DNA from: Diplonema japonicum
Lineage: Eukaryota; Protista; Euglenozoa: Diplonemea
NCBI GenBank assembly: GCA_964019335.1
Contig: OZ025698.1
Location: forward strand, 248,001 to 312,000
Reading direction: 5' to 3'
DNA length: 64,000 bases
Positions 33,112 to 45,654 of the stretch are shown here, piece after piece. The notes below the pieces were generated by a model that saw nothing but the letters and a program-made list of their open reading frames with translations, had not been told where the DNA came from and searched no databases. Every line of letters begins with the position of its first letter. The first letter of the stretch is position 1. The translations under genes and the position numbers were made by a program.

Positions 33112-33345
33112 GGGGTAATTCACTTAATCCAAAACCAGTTCTAGGGGTCCCGAGACGCTGAGCAGGGCTGTAAATAATAACTATTTGTTTGTGGCACAGC
33201 CGGGGATTAACCTGTAGAAGGATAACGGTTGCAAAGCCTGCCACCCTCAGGGTGCAGTTCGCTCGCTTGTGAGAGGGGGAAAGGAAAAGAAAAAAAAAAA
33301 AGAAAAAAACTGTTCTTATTTTTTGGATATTAAGTGGATTGCCCC
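33112..33345. mobile_element. MITE with ~17-bp TIRs
   Basis: ggggtaattcacttaat at the left end and attaagtggattgcccc at the right end (2 mismatches). Confidence 0.6.
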
Positions 33346-34263
33346 TTTGCACACAAATAAAGAAGGACTTGTTATTTCCTCTCCCCCCCCCCCCCCCCCC
33401 CCCTCCCCCCTCTTTTTTTTTCTTATCTCATCTTTTTGGTGAGCCGTTTGCTAACCCACAGTGAGTTTTATTGATTTGCTTGCTGTAATAACTATTTAAT
33501 CCCAACAAGAAATGACCTTCCAAGGGCCCGCATTCACCGTGATTAATGGGGGAGGACCAGCTGTGAATTAAAGAGCCTCCCGAGTGCGTGAAGTTTAAAA
33601 TTTCAGAAGAGTGGAATAAAAACAACTATTTCCCGGAAGGAAGGTTTTAAAGCAGGCCCCAGTGTCACGGTGGCCCCCATGCTACAACTTATATTCGGCA
33701 TTTCGTCAATATTCATAGACAGGACCCTAGTGTCAAAAAGAGTGTGTTAATCTGTTCAATATTTAGTCAAGGTTCTTAAGTAATGGTAACACAGGGCGGT
33801 TTAGCCAAAGTAATTATACTTGTTTGTGGTAAAAAAAAAACAAGAAACAAACACACGTAAACTATTCAATAAGTTTAATGTCACCAGCATGACGCCTATT
33901 TACTGAGCCGCATGCAACAGACACACGAAACCTGTTTCGTATTTCGTCAATGCTCATAAAGTAGACCCCCAAAATGTCAAGAAGTAACTCCCCTAACTAA
34001 GCACACGGAAACTATTCGATGCCGTTGAGATCGATAAGAGCACCCCACTGGGCAGGTCATGAAGCAACTAACGTTATTTCTTCTTTCTTTCTTTTCTTTT
34101 CTTTTTTTTTTTTTTAAAAAGGTTGTGCCATTTTTACCACCTATCCCCCCCCCCCATCCCATCCCATGGTTAAATACAACAAAAGCTCCTCAATGAGGGA
34201 AGGGAGGACGAGAAAAAAAAAAAAAAAAAAAAGAAGAAACAAAAAATAATAAAAGAAACATAA

Positions 34264-35673
34264 ATGTTCAGGGCACGAAGGCAACAAGAGTCAAAGTTGA
34301 GGTTTGGAGATGTACTCACTGCAAGGATACACAACGCAGCTACGGTAACAGCAGTGGTGGTGGCTGCTGGGGAGGACGGACGGGCGCTATGCATGGTAGA
34401 GGGAAAGCCACAGCGGCTCGGGGACGTTGAAGGGTTCAAGGACAACGCAGAATGCAAGAACTTCGCGAAGCTCATAGAGGTCAAAGACTTTGTAGAATTC
34501 ACAGTACGAGGGGCGGACAGGAGGGTGTCACGGTGGACACACCACAGCGTCACATCTGCCTTGACGACGAAACTTATTCAGCATGACGGCACAGAGCACC
34601 CTTGCGTCGGGAAAGTTCTCAACACAACGGGCTCATACACACCATTCAAGAAAGCACTGCAAAAACAGGCCCGCAACATAGCCTTCTGGCCACGGTTGGC
34701 CGATCTTTGCAGGAAGAGCAACAACCATCTGTTTGTGCACAAAAAGATTTCTGATGACAACGAGTCCCTGCAGGTTTCGCATGTATTCGCATCCCACTGC
34801 AGTCTTATCGATGTCGGCGGCCGAGCAGGCTGGTCGTTAAGCCTGTCCGACCGGACAGTGGAGAACGCCTTCAACAATGCGATGGGGCTGTCGTTCGAAC
34901 TCTACTTCAGATCCACGCAAACACCTGAGACGGACGATGAATCGAGCTCAGGAGATGATGAAGAGGCCTGCACGGCCCGCATTGTAGGGAGTCTGGTTGT
35001 TCTCTGCATTGCAGCAGATCTACCCAGCAAAATGTACACCATCAGTAGATGCATCGATGGTGAAAGACAGCACCGCCTCACCGCGTACCGAACATTCATG
35101 AAAGAAAACAAACTGGCGATCAAAACATTCGATAAAAAAATAGAACGTGGGCGCATGCAGGTGATCCTCTCAAGCGAAACGGCAAATGTGATACAATGCA
35201 CCGAGTGCGGCATGGCAGGTGTCAAGACAAAAGGTGGTCCGCACAAATGCCCGAAGAACAGGCCCGCTCCTTCAAAAGAATACTCATCGTCAGTACTACT
35301 GTCGCCTTCATCTATATTTGTCGTCAAGATTTCACCCGAAGAAAAAGAAGAAGCAGCGGGCCTTCCAAAAGGTAAAGCACTGTCCTCTCTAATGTACCTC
35401 TGCCGGAGATATGACATAGTGGTTACATCCCTGCTCTCAGAAGAGCGAAACTGCATGCGCCTTATTTTAGAGCTGCATGTTCCTTACTTCACGATGGAGC
35501 CGCGCTTTCTGCGGGAGGATCCGAAAAATAGATACAGGCACAAGTACCTGAACAGCTCCATGCAGCTTACGATTGATGTCTCGCATGGTGCCAGCGAGAC
35601 ACTCCCGATTTATTGCATAGCTTCTTTGCGCGCAATGAAAATTCTTGCTGATTTTTGCAATATAGTTCTCTAA
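34264..35673 (+). CDS. Hypothetical protein, 469 aa, intronless
   Basis: Long ORF after a poly-A leader; possible CxxC..HxC zinc finger (CTECGMAGVKTKGGPHKC). No family recognised. Confidence 0.75.
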   Translation: MFRARRQQESKLRFGDVLTARIHNAATVTAVVVAAGEDGRALCMVEGKPQRLGDVEGFKDNAECKNFAKLIEVKDFVEFTVRGADRRVSRWTHHSVTSALTTKLIQHDGTEHPCVGKVLNTTGSYTPFKKALQKQARNIAFWPRLADLCRKSNNHLFVHKKISDDNESLQVSHVFASHCSLIDVGGRAGWSLSLSDRTVENAFNNAMGLSFELYFRSTQTPETDDESSSGDDEEACTARIVGSLVVLCIAADLPSKMYTISRCIDGERQHRLTAYRTFMKENKLAIKTFDKKIERGRMQVILSSETANVIQCTECGMAGVKTKGGPHKCPKNRPAPSKEYSSSVLLSPSSIFVVKISPEEKEEAAGLPKGKALSSLMYLCRRYDIVVTSLLSEERNCMRLILELHVPYFTMEPRFLREDPKNRYRHKYLNSSMQLTIDVSHGASETLPIYCIASLRAMKILADFCNIVL

Positions 35674-35981
35674 TTGAAAAGGGTGTGTGTGTGTTGTGTG
35701 TGTGTTTCTTCTTCTTCTTTTTTTTTTTTTATATTATTTGCTGTAAACTCTATGTTAAGTGTAGGTATACTAATTCGCCAAAAAAGAGGGGACAGGAGGG
35801 GGGGGGGGGGGGAGCCGACCGTTTTTATGCTTTAAAGTTTCCCCTCCCCGAATCGTTCTATCTCTTTTCCCTTCTTCTTCTATCGTCCTCTTTCTAAAGA
35901 AATAAAACAACCCTCCCTCCACACACAAATTCAGGAAGAGAGGGGCTACACTGAAATGGTAAAAAGAGCACGGAGTATAAA

Positions 35982-38416
35982 ATGAGTGGGAAAGGGGACG
36001 GCGGCGTCAGCCTCGCACAGATAAAAAAGGTGGTGGAAGGGATGACGCAGGTGCAGCAAGCCCCGAGCACTGTGCTGTCAAGAAGATTTGTGCGGTATCT
36101 TGGAAGCACCGAGTGGGCAGACCTGACGTACGCAGCCTGCCTGGAGAGGTACAGGGAGGAGCCCAGCACCGACGTCCTCCTCTGTGTAACGCTGTTGATA
36201 CGGCAGTACCTGTCTCTTCATCCCCCTTCTGTGTCGATGCTTCACAGTATTCTCACCTTTGTGCGGGACCTTCTACGTCACGACTCTAACTCCTACGCTT
36301 GCCGATCTCTTATGCACCTTGAGAACGCGGTAATAGCGCACAGCGACTCACTCACTGGCTCCGACATGACTACATGGAAACAGCTAGTTGACGAAAGCGC
36401 GCCCACGCTGACCCCTCCCCCGGGTCAGGGGTCGATGTCCCGAACCTCTTCAAAGGGTTCTTTTCACTCCTCAATGTCCGTCGTGTCGCACAGCACCCCG
36501 AGGGCCCACAGACGCCGACGGTCAGTCGCCAACGCCCCCATCATCGCCGGCCCAGGGTGGCGAGCCATAGAATACGACGGCTTCGCAGACATTAACAGCT
36601 TCGCGGGGCACCAATGGAAGCCCTTCTCGAAAAACCGATACAAAGGCCAGGCAGAGGTGATCCCTTACGAAGTGCTCATTGCAGACGATAAAAAAGAAGC
36701 TGCTGTCCCCAAGACAAGCAGTCACGGCCTGTTTCAGTACCACTACTACTGCGAGCAGGTCCCCCTTAACATCTCGAAACCCGAAATGGAGAAGATCATG
36801 GCGACCCTGTCGTCTGTCCCTGGCGGTGTGTGTGGCATGGGGCCCACACACGCTGAGGTCGAGCTTGCTGAGAAGCTTGTCATCAAGGTCTTCTGCGACT
36901 CTTACGCCAGCCACCTGAAGACAGCGATGTCCTCAATCCGCCTCTCGACCCTCTTGTGTCTCTCCCTCCTCAAGGACCTTGTTGCCTCGCCTTACATCTG
37001 CGTGCGGAAGACGGCGTTCAACATGGTGCTGAACCTCTCCATACACATCAACCTGTTGGAGGACCAGCAGTTCTTTGCAGAAACACAACAAACAAAGTCG
37101 CACATCCCTGTGGTGCATCAGGAGGTGGTGTGGCTGCTGCAGGAGCTCATCCTTCATTTGGTGCAGTGGGACGAAGAGGACTGCGTGTGGCAGAACGCGA
37201 TGGTGTGCTGGCTGACGGTGACGAGCGACCCTGTGACGGGGTTCCCGACAGACAAGGCACTACGCGACATAGATGTCCGGGCGCTGAAGAGGTTTGCGGA
37301 ACTGCCGAGCGTTCTGGAGGACGAAACGGTTTTAGGGTCTGTAGTGAAGATGATCTACACGGCAGTGGTGATCGATGGTAAGTTGGACTCCACAAAGCTG
37401 GAACTGTTGGGCGGGTGGCGGTCGGTAGTAGATTTATTCGTCTGCGTGCACAGCTGGAGCGCACGCGTCCACTGCTTCCAGTTGATGTTCTACCACGTCA
37501 CCGAGCAGATGATGGCTCAGAACGACCTCCGAAGCGTTGTCCCCCCCGAGCAAGGCAGGCTCGTTCTCGACACCGTGCTCACCGAGTTCATAAGGGCGGA
37601 TCTTCACTGGTGCCTGCCTGCGCTCTTCAAGTACCCAACTGACTTCCAGTCGTCTCTGCTTCAGTTCATCACATCCGAAGGCCCGATCAGGGAAGGGTAC
37701 AACCGGGGTGTCGCGCAACACATTCTGCAGCACCTCCAAGGGCTTGCCCTGGAGTACGCAAGGCTGCCAAAGGTCATTAGAGAAGATATCAAGAACCTCT
37801 TCGACAGCAGCGACAGGATGTTGCTAAGTATGAAGCAGCTGTCTACGCTTGCAAGGGCCAACAGTGAGTGCAGGGCAGCGAATATAGAAAACCGTGCCCT
37901 GGCGGCACGGTGGTTATTCACCCTTACGAAGCACGCTGTTGAAGGCCAGCAGGCAGGAGCCACTTTGAAGGCCCATGTTGAGGGCATCCTCAGTGAGCTC
38001 ACTCACGAGAGGCTTCACGACATCAGGTTGCTGTACCTAAACGTGACGGGGGCGTACCTCTTACTGGTGTGATTCGTTTATCTAATTCAAAAAAAAAAAA
38101 TTTTTTTTTTTTAAATTTTTTTTTTTCCTGCAGTTGAAATCTCGTGAAAATGACTACGTTACTGTTATAGATGCTCTGCAGCAAAGTCTTCAGGTTATGG
38201 TTACGGAGAAGGAGACGCATCCGCAGGTATAATTTAATTTCTTTTTAAAAAAAAGATTATTACCCCCCCTCCCATTCCCAAGGTTCTCTTGAAAATGTTT
38301 TACATGATATTGGAATTCGTGTGCACCTTGTCACGGGATCCTCGTGCTGTACAGAGCCCGAAAGACACGATTGTCGATATGTTGATTTTGGGCTCGCTCG
38401 AGGTGTGTTTGAGGGG

Positions 38417-38447
<31 letters not shown>

Positions 38448-38812
38448 AGGTGCCTCATACACTGTTAGCAAGGATAAAGCCTGAAATACTTGTGTATATG
38501 TTCGTGGCGCTGAAGCCTTACCGTTCTGCTGGTGTCTTGACAGCAAGACACGGGCTGTTGCTGCTTGTTATTTCTCAAGTTAGTTACGATAGGTCGCTCC
38601 TCTCTAGCGTGGGCGGAAAAGACTTTTTCTGCTCTCTTCTTGCCGATGACTCTCGACGGCTGGCTCTGGCCGCCTCACTCTTCCTCATTTCCCACTTTAG
38701 TACCTCGGAACCGAAGCTGTGGCAAGCCTCCACAAGAGCGCTCCCCCAGAAAATAGAACGGCCAGTTGCCCTTGCGCAGCATGTCCTGCATCACTCTAAA
38801 ATAAAACAATAA
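35982..38812 (+). CDS. Conserved helical (armadillo-like) hypothetical protein; introns 38067-38133, 38227-38282, 38403-38449
   Basis: Splicing gives one continuous frame. VRKTAFNMVLNLSIH and VGGKDFFCSLLADD resemble, from memory, a conserved plant/protist uncharacterised family (At3g12590-like). Confidence 0.75.
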
Positions 38813-39398
38813 AGGAAGAAGAATGAAGGAAATCGCCGGCCCCCTTCTCTCCCCCCCTCCCCCCTTTTTTTTTACCCACCCACTCCGCCATCTCCTCATC
38901 CCCCCCCCTTTTTTATACTTAAGACGAGCCGTTCAGAGTGTACTTTCGTTACGGTAAGATAAGAAAAAAAATGAACAAAAACAATTTTTAAAAAAAAAAG
39001 GATGCACCACAAAGGGGGAGGGGGGTAGGGAGGATCACAAAAGGAGTTGTACATAAAGGTACGGAATAGGGAAGGGGAAGTACGAAAAAAAAAAGTGGGA
39101 AGGGGGGGGGAAGAAATATTTTTTTCAAAGAATAAAAAAAACGGGGAGGGGTAAAAGAAAAAAAAAACGCATCCCTGATCCATCCCACCACCCCAACGCA
39201 ACAACGGTTCCCCCCCCTCCCCTTTCAAAAGATTGCTCCACCCCCCCCCTTTCTTTTTTTTCTCCCTATTCCCAACGCCTATCCAAAAGATATTTCTGAT
39301 CCGGTTTTCTTTTTCTTTCTTTTTTTTTTCGTTCTGTACTTCTCAATGTAAAGAAGAGAAGGGGAAAAAAAAAAAAAGGAGGGGAGGGAGGCAAACAA

Positions 39399-40538
39399 AT
39401 GTTAAAACATGTAATACACGTAGCCCTGCTATGGGCGACAGTACAAGGGTTCTGCGCCACAGAATTGGACTGCCAACTAAACGGCGCTTGCACGAACGGG
39501 CAATGCATTTGCGACAAAGGCTGGAAGGGAGAGTGGTGCCACCGTGTCAACGAGGGTATCTCAACTGTGGTGTACCCGAAGACGAGCGACACGGCCAGCT
39601 GGGGGGCAAGCATCGCCGGAGAGCACAACGGTGAGTGGCATGGCTTCTTCAACGTAGTGTGCCAACAAGAAACCTGCGCACACACCAAGAGGGCGATGAT
39701 CGCGCACGGGACAAGCCCCACACCCAACGGTAGGTTCACCTTCAAGGACGTAGCAATCCCCCCTGAACTGGAGAATGTACACGCAGTCCACGACACTGCT
39801 GCATCGAAGTGGCTTTTATTCTACTTCGACCACTTAAAACCGATGCCGCCTACAAATTGTACTGGTGGCAGTACTGACGCAGAAGTGACGGTGACGGGGT
39901 CCAACCCCGGTCGTCTTGGTGTTGCCTCCGCACCATCACCTGACGGTCCCTGGTCGACTGCCCATCCTGTTATTAACGGCCCCACTACTAACGGGTACGG
40001 GATCAACCCTTCAGCCATGCGCTTGGCAAACGGTTCCTACCTTTTAGCGTACAGGTACAACCCTGACACGACTGGGAACATGACGGAAGCCCTTGCGCTT
40101 GCCATTTCAGACCACTATGAAGGACCTTACTCTGTTGTGAACGGGAACCTCACAGGTGGGCCGTTCGGTGTGGGTGGCAGGGCAGGCACGGCGGAGGACC
40201 CTTTCCTCTGGGCCACCCCGCGTGGCTACCACATCCTGTATCACCAGTACAATGGGTCGGTGGGCGGGCCTGCTTGCGACTATGACAACGGTCGTTGTGA
40301 CTTCCCTGGTGCGCACGCCTACTCCCCTGACCTCGTCACGTGGCACAGGTCGCCGTACCCTGCCTACACAACCACCGTCAACATGAGCGGCACGGCAACA
40401 GAGTACAACTTCCGTGAGAGGCCCGGCATCATCTTCGGTGCCGACGGCAGTCCGCAGTACCTCGTCACGGGGGTTGAGACGGGGCTGAAGAGCGGCCCCC
40501 CGTGCAGGAGCGTGTCCGTCGCGTCGGAGCTGCTTTGA
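39399..40538 (+). CDS. Secreted EGF-like + five-bladed beta-propeller glycoside hydrolase-like protein (GH43/32/68 clan-like)
   Basis: Signal peptide; DCQLNGAC..CICDKGWKGEWC; SWG, NPS, AEDPFLW and RERP motifs. Confidence 0.78.
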   Translation: MLKHVIHVALLWATVQGFCATELDCQLNGACTNGQCICDKGWKGEWCHRVNEGISTVVYPKTSDTASWGASIAGEHNGEWHGFFNVVCQQETCAHTKRAMIAHGTSPTPNGRFTFKDVAIPPELENVHAVHDTAASKWLLFYFDHLKPMPPTNCTGGSTDAEVTVTGSNPGRLGVASAPSPDGPWSTAHPVINGPTTNGYGINPSAMRLANGSYLLAYRYNPDTTGNMTEALALAISDHYEGPYSVVNGNLTGGPFGVGGRAGTAEDPFLWATPRGYHILYHQYNGSVGGPACDYDNGRCDFPGAHAYSPDLVTWHRSPYPAYTTTVNMSGTATEYNFRERPGIIFGADGSPQYLVTGVETGLKSGPPCRSVSVASELL

Positions 40539-40622
40539 GTGATAGATCGTAACAACCCCATTTCTTCTTCTTTCCTTTTTTTTTTAACGTTGGGTCTATC
40601 CCCCACCGCTCTTGAGGAACTC

Positions 40623-41399
40623 ATGATGTCGCTGGTGTTATCTGTGCTGCTGGCGGTGCAGGTGCAGGGATGTGTTCTGGAATGCGGCGGGGTGGTCAGG
40701 CCCGGTGAAGTAGCGTGGAACGAAGGTGCGAAATCATGCGAGATGTGCCTGTGCACAGCAAAGGGGCTGTTGTGCGGTGAGCTGCCTGAGGGACAAGGGC
40801 AGAGGACGTGCGCCACGGTCAAAACGTGCCCAACGAACTGTGCAGGCATCAATTGCCCACAGGAGGGTGTGTGCAAGGTGAAAAAGAACGGGTACGCAGT
40901 GTGCAAGCAGCCTTGCGAGAGCAACTGCGGCAAGATCAGGAGGCACGGCTGGAGGGGGTGGGGTGATGGGAACGACTACTGCAACAGGTGCAAGTGTAGG
41001 AACGGCAAAATGAAATGCCGTAACGAGCTGTGCCCACTGCGAACCCCGAAGTGTCTGGCGGAAGGCGATGTGTGCCTTGACCCCAACGTGCCACGCATTA
41101 TGAAAAGGAGAAACAGGAAAAATGGAAAGAACAGAATGAAAGACTGCCCCGTGGGCGCCGTTTGCGCGCCTTCCCAAGCAGTGGTGGACCCCGACTCGCC
41201 TCCTCTTTGGCACTGTTTCTCGACGGAGGCAGGCTGCTCGGCTGTGCCCTCTCCCTGCCCTGCAGACGCAACTTGTACTAACACCCCCTCCGGTCCTGCT
41301 TGCTTATATTGCTGCATCGGCACAGAAGAAGAAACGGCATCGTGGTCCGCTGACCACCGGAAATGGTGTTGTAAAACGAGCAAGGTATTTTGTGACTGA
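40623..41399 (+). CDS. Secreted cysteine-rich protein (VWC/pacifastin-like and EGF-like modules)
   Basis: Hydrophobic N-terminus; CxxCxC motifs (CEMCLC, CNRCKC); ends WSADHRKWCC. Confidence 0.75.
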   Translation: MMSLVLSVLLAVQVQGCVLECGGVVRPGEVAWNEGAKSCEMCLCTAKGLLCGELPEGQGQRTCATVKTCPTNCAGINCPQEGVCKVKKNGYAVCKQPCESNCGKIRRHGWRGWGDGNDYCNRCKCRNGKMKCRNELCPLRTPKCLAEGDVCLDPNVPRIMKRRNRKNGKNRMKDCPVGAVCAPSQAVVDPDSPPLWHCFSTEAGCSAVPSPCPADATCTNTPSGPACLYCCIGTEEETASWSADHRKWCCKTSKVFCD

Positions 41400-41685
41400 C
41401 GTATTTTCTTTTTTTTTCTTTTTTTTTCTTTTTTCCCTCTCTGCATGCACTCTCCCTCCCTCCCTCCCTCCCTCCCCTCCTTTCCTACTTGTTGCATTTA
41501 CATGCAATGAACGAAGGGGGGGGGGGGGGACAACAAAAAGAAATTGTAACACAACCAAGAAAAAAAAAAAAAAAGGCCGCCGTTTCCCCCATTCTTTATT
41601 TTTATCGTGTGGAGAAAAAAAAAAAGGGGGGAAAAAAAAAAGGCAAAAAAAAAAAAAAAAAAAAAAAAGGCAAAAAAAAAAAACA

Positions 41686-42231
41686 ATGCACAAGTCGTAT
41701 GCGATCGAGTACGTGAAGGAAATGATCTTCGCGATGCTGGACCCCTTGGCGGGGGAGTGGGACAACGTGGACAAAGACGACCTGTACCAAAAGATCATCA
41801 CGAAGTTGTTGGAGATAAGTATCGATGCAAGGCTGTTTGAGTCAGTCAGTAGCATGGCACACATGTGCAGCGAAAGTGACAAGTTTCTGGTGCTGTGGCT
41901 CCCAGGCTCAAGCCTGGAATCGGTTCGGGACACTCTCGTCGTCGATTTGCATTTCAAGGGCCGCTTCTCCCTTATCAGAGCCTCTCAAAAGTACGCCCTT
42001 TTTTATGATACCATTGAGCCAGCTTTTGTGGGGACTGCTGCTTCTCTCCATAAAAGCATTAAAATCGTGTGTGCTGAGATGGCCTATTCCTTCAAGGTTT
42101 CTGGTATGGAGCTGCCACCTTGGCGTACTGAGGCGGTTTACAAAAACTCGTACGATTTTCAGAACAAGTCAAAGGTGCAACAGGCGTCTGTATTCATAAA
42201 TGAACCAGACTCTCCGTTGTCCTCAGCGTGA
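41686..42231 (+). CDS. Hypothetical protein (~181 aa)
   Basis: ATG after a poly-A leader; coding-like composition. Confidence 0.65.
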   Translation: MHKSYAIEYVKEMIFAMLDPLAGEWDNVDKDDLYQKIITKLLEISIDARLFESVSSMAHMCSESDKFLVLWLPGSSLESVRDTLVVDLHFKGRFSLIRASQKYALFYDTIEPAFVGTAASLHKSIKIVCAEMAYSFKVSGMELPPWRTEAVYKNSYDFQNKSKVQQASVFINEPDSPLSSA

Positions 42232-42267
42232 TTTGGTGATTGAGTTGAGGTAGGGGGGGAGAGGTGT

Positions 42268-42306
<39 letters not shown>

Positions 42307-42351
42307 ATTTTCCGAGTGATGTTGTGTTGAACTTTTTATTTTTTTCCCCCC

Positions 42352-42400
<49 letters not shown>

Positions 42401-44127
42401 CCATGAATCCTTAAGCGTTTCGGGCTTCGAAACGGACGGAAAGAAATGTGAGCGAAAAAAAAAAAAAAAGTCACAACCCCTCGAAGAAAAAAAAAAAAAA
42501 ATAACTAACAAAAATATGCCAACCTGAAACCTGATTTCCAACCCTCCTTCTGACCCCTTTTTTTTATATTCCCTATTTTAAAAAAAAAAAATAAAAAATA
42601 AAAAAGAAGGGGGGGGATATAGCGCTCCTTGACCAATTTTGCAAAAAAAAAAAATAAAATAAAAAAATTAAAAAAGGGGAATGAGCTATGCTGCAGTGGC
42701 CCAAATAATATTTTGGTACCCCCTTTCTAACTCAGCATCAGTTTTATTTATTTTTTTTATTTGAAAAAAAGAAAATGATTCCTTCTTAACCTTTTTTTTT
42801 TTGTTACCCTATTCTCTTCTAGAAATTTGAGTTTTGGGGGTTGAGAAGGGGGGGGGATAAAGAAGGGGTGGGACAGGGAGAAAAAAAAAAAGAAAAAAAA
42901 GAAAGGAGTACAGCTCACTGGATACACTTTCATGGTGAAGTTGTTTTTTTTTTTTTTTAGTTTTTTTTTTTTTCAACCCTCCCCCTCACCTTTTATTTCC
43001 CCCCCATTTTTTTTTGCTGTTGCTCCACAACTGGCAGCAAAAAAAAAAAAAAGAAAAAAAAATGAGAGAGCACCCAAAATAAAATCGTGAAGGGAACGAT
43101 AACAAATTGTTCTATGTTACCTATTATTGATTTTTTTTTGTCCCCCTCCCAGTTGCTCAGATTTTCTAAGCTAGCCATTGTATATGGTTTTTTTTTCATT
43201 TTAGGTGAATCATGGCTACAATTTAAAAAAAAAAAAAAAAAGGAAGAGGCAGGAGGGGGGGAATCACCTTCTACTCCCTGTCACAAAAAAATCACTGAGA
43301 AGGGAGTGCCACAGGCTTGTCAGCCCATCCGCGCGTAGCCCCTTGGGTCTGGTATTTCCTTTCCTGTCCCCCCCCCCCCCCCCCCACTGAAATCCTAAAG
43401 CGAAATATCTTTCCTCAAGGAAAGAAGGAAACATGGGGGAGGGTATATATTTTTTTTTGTTGGGTTTTCTCGGTACCAATCTTGTTCTTAATTAATATTA
43501 TTGATGCCGCCATATCTCTCCGTTTAACAACGCTTTTTTGTTATTGAAATGGAAAAAAAAGAAAGGGGGGGGGGGGGTATGATTGGGGGAAAAAAAAAAG
43601 GATTTTTTTTTTGTCATGAAGGACACCAATTGGGTCTTCTATTTGTTTTTTTCTTTTTTTTTTTTAAATTCTATCAACAGTAGTAGCTCAATGGGAAAAA
43701 AAAAAAAAAAAAAAAAAGAAATAAATAAAAAGAAAAAAAAAACGGAATGTGGGGTATTGAAAAAGAAGAGGAACTGGATACGACGTGTACTTACTGTGAG
43801 TTTATGGATTAAACTCCTTTACTTTACTTCTCCGGGATTTCTGCCACGGTCCACTTGTTTGCACCGTTTCAATGTTCCCCTTTTGTTTAGATAAATCAAA
43901 GTTGCAAAAGGCAACCACCCAGTTTTTCTTTTTTCTTTTTTTTTTTCTTTCTTTTCTTTTTTTTTTCTCTTTTATATTCTATTAAACCGCCCCTAGTACT
44001 GAAGTAGAAGGAGGGGGGGGAAAAAAAAGAAAGAGATTTTTTTTTTCTTCTTCTTCTTCTTTTTTTCTTCTTCCCTCCTCGTGGATGTAACTGAAAGAGA
44101 GGGGGGTATAAAGTACTTTTGCCGTGG

Positions 44128-44163
<36 letters not shown>

Positions 44164-45164
44164 AATAAGAAATATTGTAAAATCTTGATGATCTAGTACA
44201 ACGGTGATATAGTTCGAAAAAAAATCCCCCCCCCCCGGCTTCTCTATTGTTCATTTTATATTTTGTTGAAACTACTTAAGTTTTCAATTTCTTCTCCTTG
44301 CTTTTTTTTTTTTTTTTTTTTTTTTCTTTTTTTTTTTTCTTTTTTCCTTTCCCTCCCACTCCCTGCAAGCCAACAGAGGCAAAAGCACAATTTTTTCCTT
44401 TTTTTTCCCTTTAACTTTTCATTTGAGCTTTTAACTCTGGAGGTACTAGGTGACGAGGGTCTAATATTTTTATTTTTTGAATGTAAACCCTAAGAAACCC
44501 GTCAATAATTGGGCAAAAAAAAAAAAAAAAAATGCACCTTTTTCTTTTTTGTTTTGTTTTGTTTTGTTTTTTTTGTGAAATGCTGAAATATAGTATAAAA
44601 CCATCACAAAAAAAAAAAAAAAAAAAAAAAAAGAGGAGGGAGAAAAAAAAAAAAAAAGAAGAAGCTTGCTCCCGAAGGCTTTTGATGAAGTGCTTTTGGT
44701 GAGGCTGTGTGATTCAAAACACTGGCTGAGAGCTAGATTTTTTTTTTTTTCCTTTCTTCAAAAGATTGTAGAGGACGAACAAGGTGCTTTTAAAGTTTTA
44801 AAAAAAACAATTCCAATTGGCGAGACACTTTCACGGGAACCTACTTCTTGTATTTTGGTTCTAAGGTGGCCTTTATTTTTCATTTCTCTCTCTTGTCTTC
44901 TTTTTTACTTGATTCGAAAGTACTATACTATGGAGGTGTCGGGCCCTTTTTTTTTCTTTTTTCTTTTTTTTCTTTTTTTTTTTTTTCCCGTCCATCATTC
45001 CTCTCTTTTATCTTCACTCCTTTCTTGGAGCAGGGCACTAGTTGGCAAGTACTCACTTAATTTAAAAAAAAAAAAAAAGAAAAAAAAAAGAAAAAAAGAA
45101 TACTTGTGCCCTCCCTATTCCTCCTCTTCTTCCCCTTCCTCATCTTCTCCCCCCCCCTTTTGCT

Positions 45165-45206
<42 letters not shown>

Positions 45207-45297
45207 ATTCAGCAGTGTAGTTTGCATTTTCTTTTTTCTTTCACTTTTTTTTTCCCTTTTTTCTTTTGGGGGTTTCACTACGGGCGTGAATAAGGTG

Positions 45298-45332
<35 letters not shown>

Positions 45333-45333
<1 letters not shown>

Positions 45334-45470
45334 GTGGTGGGGATAACATGGAAATATAAGAAAAAGATCAGATGTGTTGTTCGCTGTTGACCTCCTCGTC
45401 GGTCATCACCGGTAGCGCCCGAGTGGAAGAACATAATGCAGATGCTCAGGGTGACGAACAGGCAGCAAAC
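45333..45470 (+). ncRNA. HDV-like self-cleaving ribozyme C1
   Basis: P1 GGTGGTG/CATCACC (7 bp), long J1/2, P2 GTTCGCTGTTG with CAGGCAGCAAAC, P3 ACC/GGT, L3 TCCTCGTC, GG for P1.1, P4 GCCC-GAGT/GCTCAGGGT, J4/2 GACGAA (C at 45455). Confidence 0.82.
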
Positions 45471-45654
45471 TGCACGAGCGCAGAATCTTGGTTACCCGGG
45501 ACGCACCGGCTGGGGTTGAGCTGTACACCGCACGCATTAAGGACACGACGCGGAACGCAGAAGAAGCTACAACTCGGCCGCGGTGCGCCCCCTGTAATCA
45601 AGTAGACAGTTCTTGTGCAGGGCGCCGCCAACACCGGCCTCCTTTAACTCATAT
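45333..45654 (+). mobile_element. Ribozyme-headed dispersed repeat C, copy 1
   Basis: ~322 nt; five substitutions relative to 54065-54386; flanked by T-runs. Confidence 0.8.

Noticed and set aside
45573-45602. cggccgcggtgcgccccctgtaatc resembling the SRP RNA/Alu 5' end
   Set aside because: No S-domain follows and the element ends ~50 nt later; better explained as a 3' hairpin arm.
45372-45605. 77-aa ORF duplicated at 54104-54337
   Set aside because: Starts at a non-ATG codon inside the ribozyme; conservation reflects recent element duplication.
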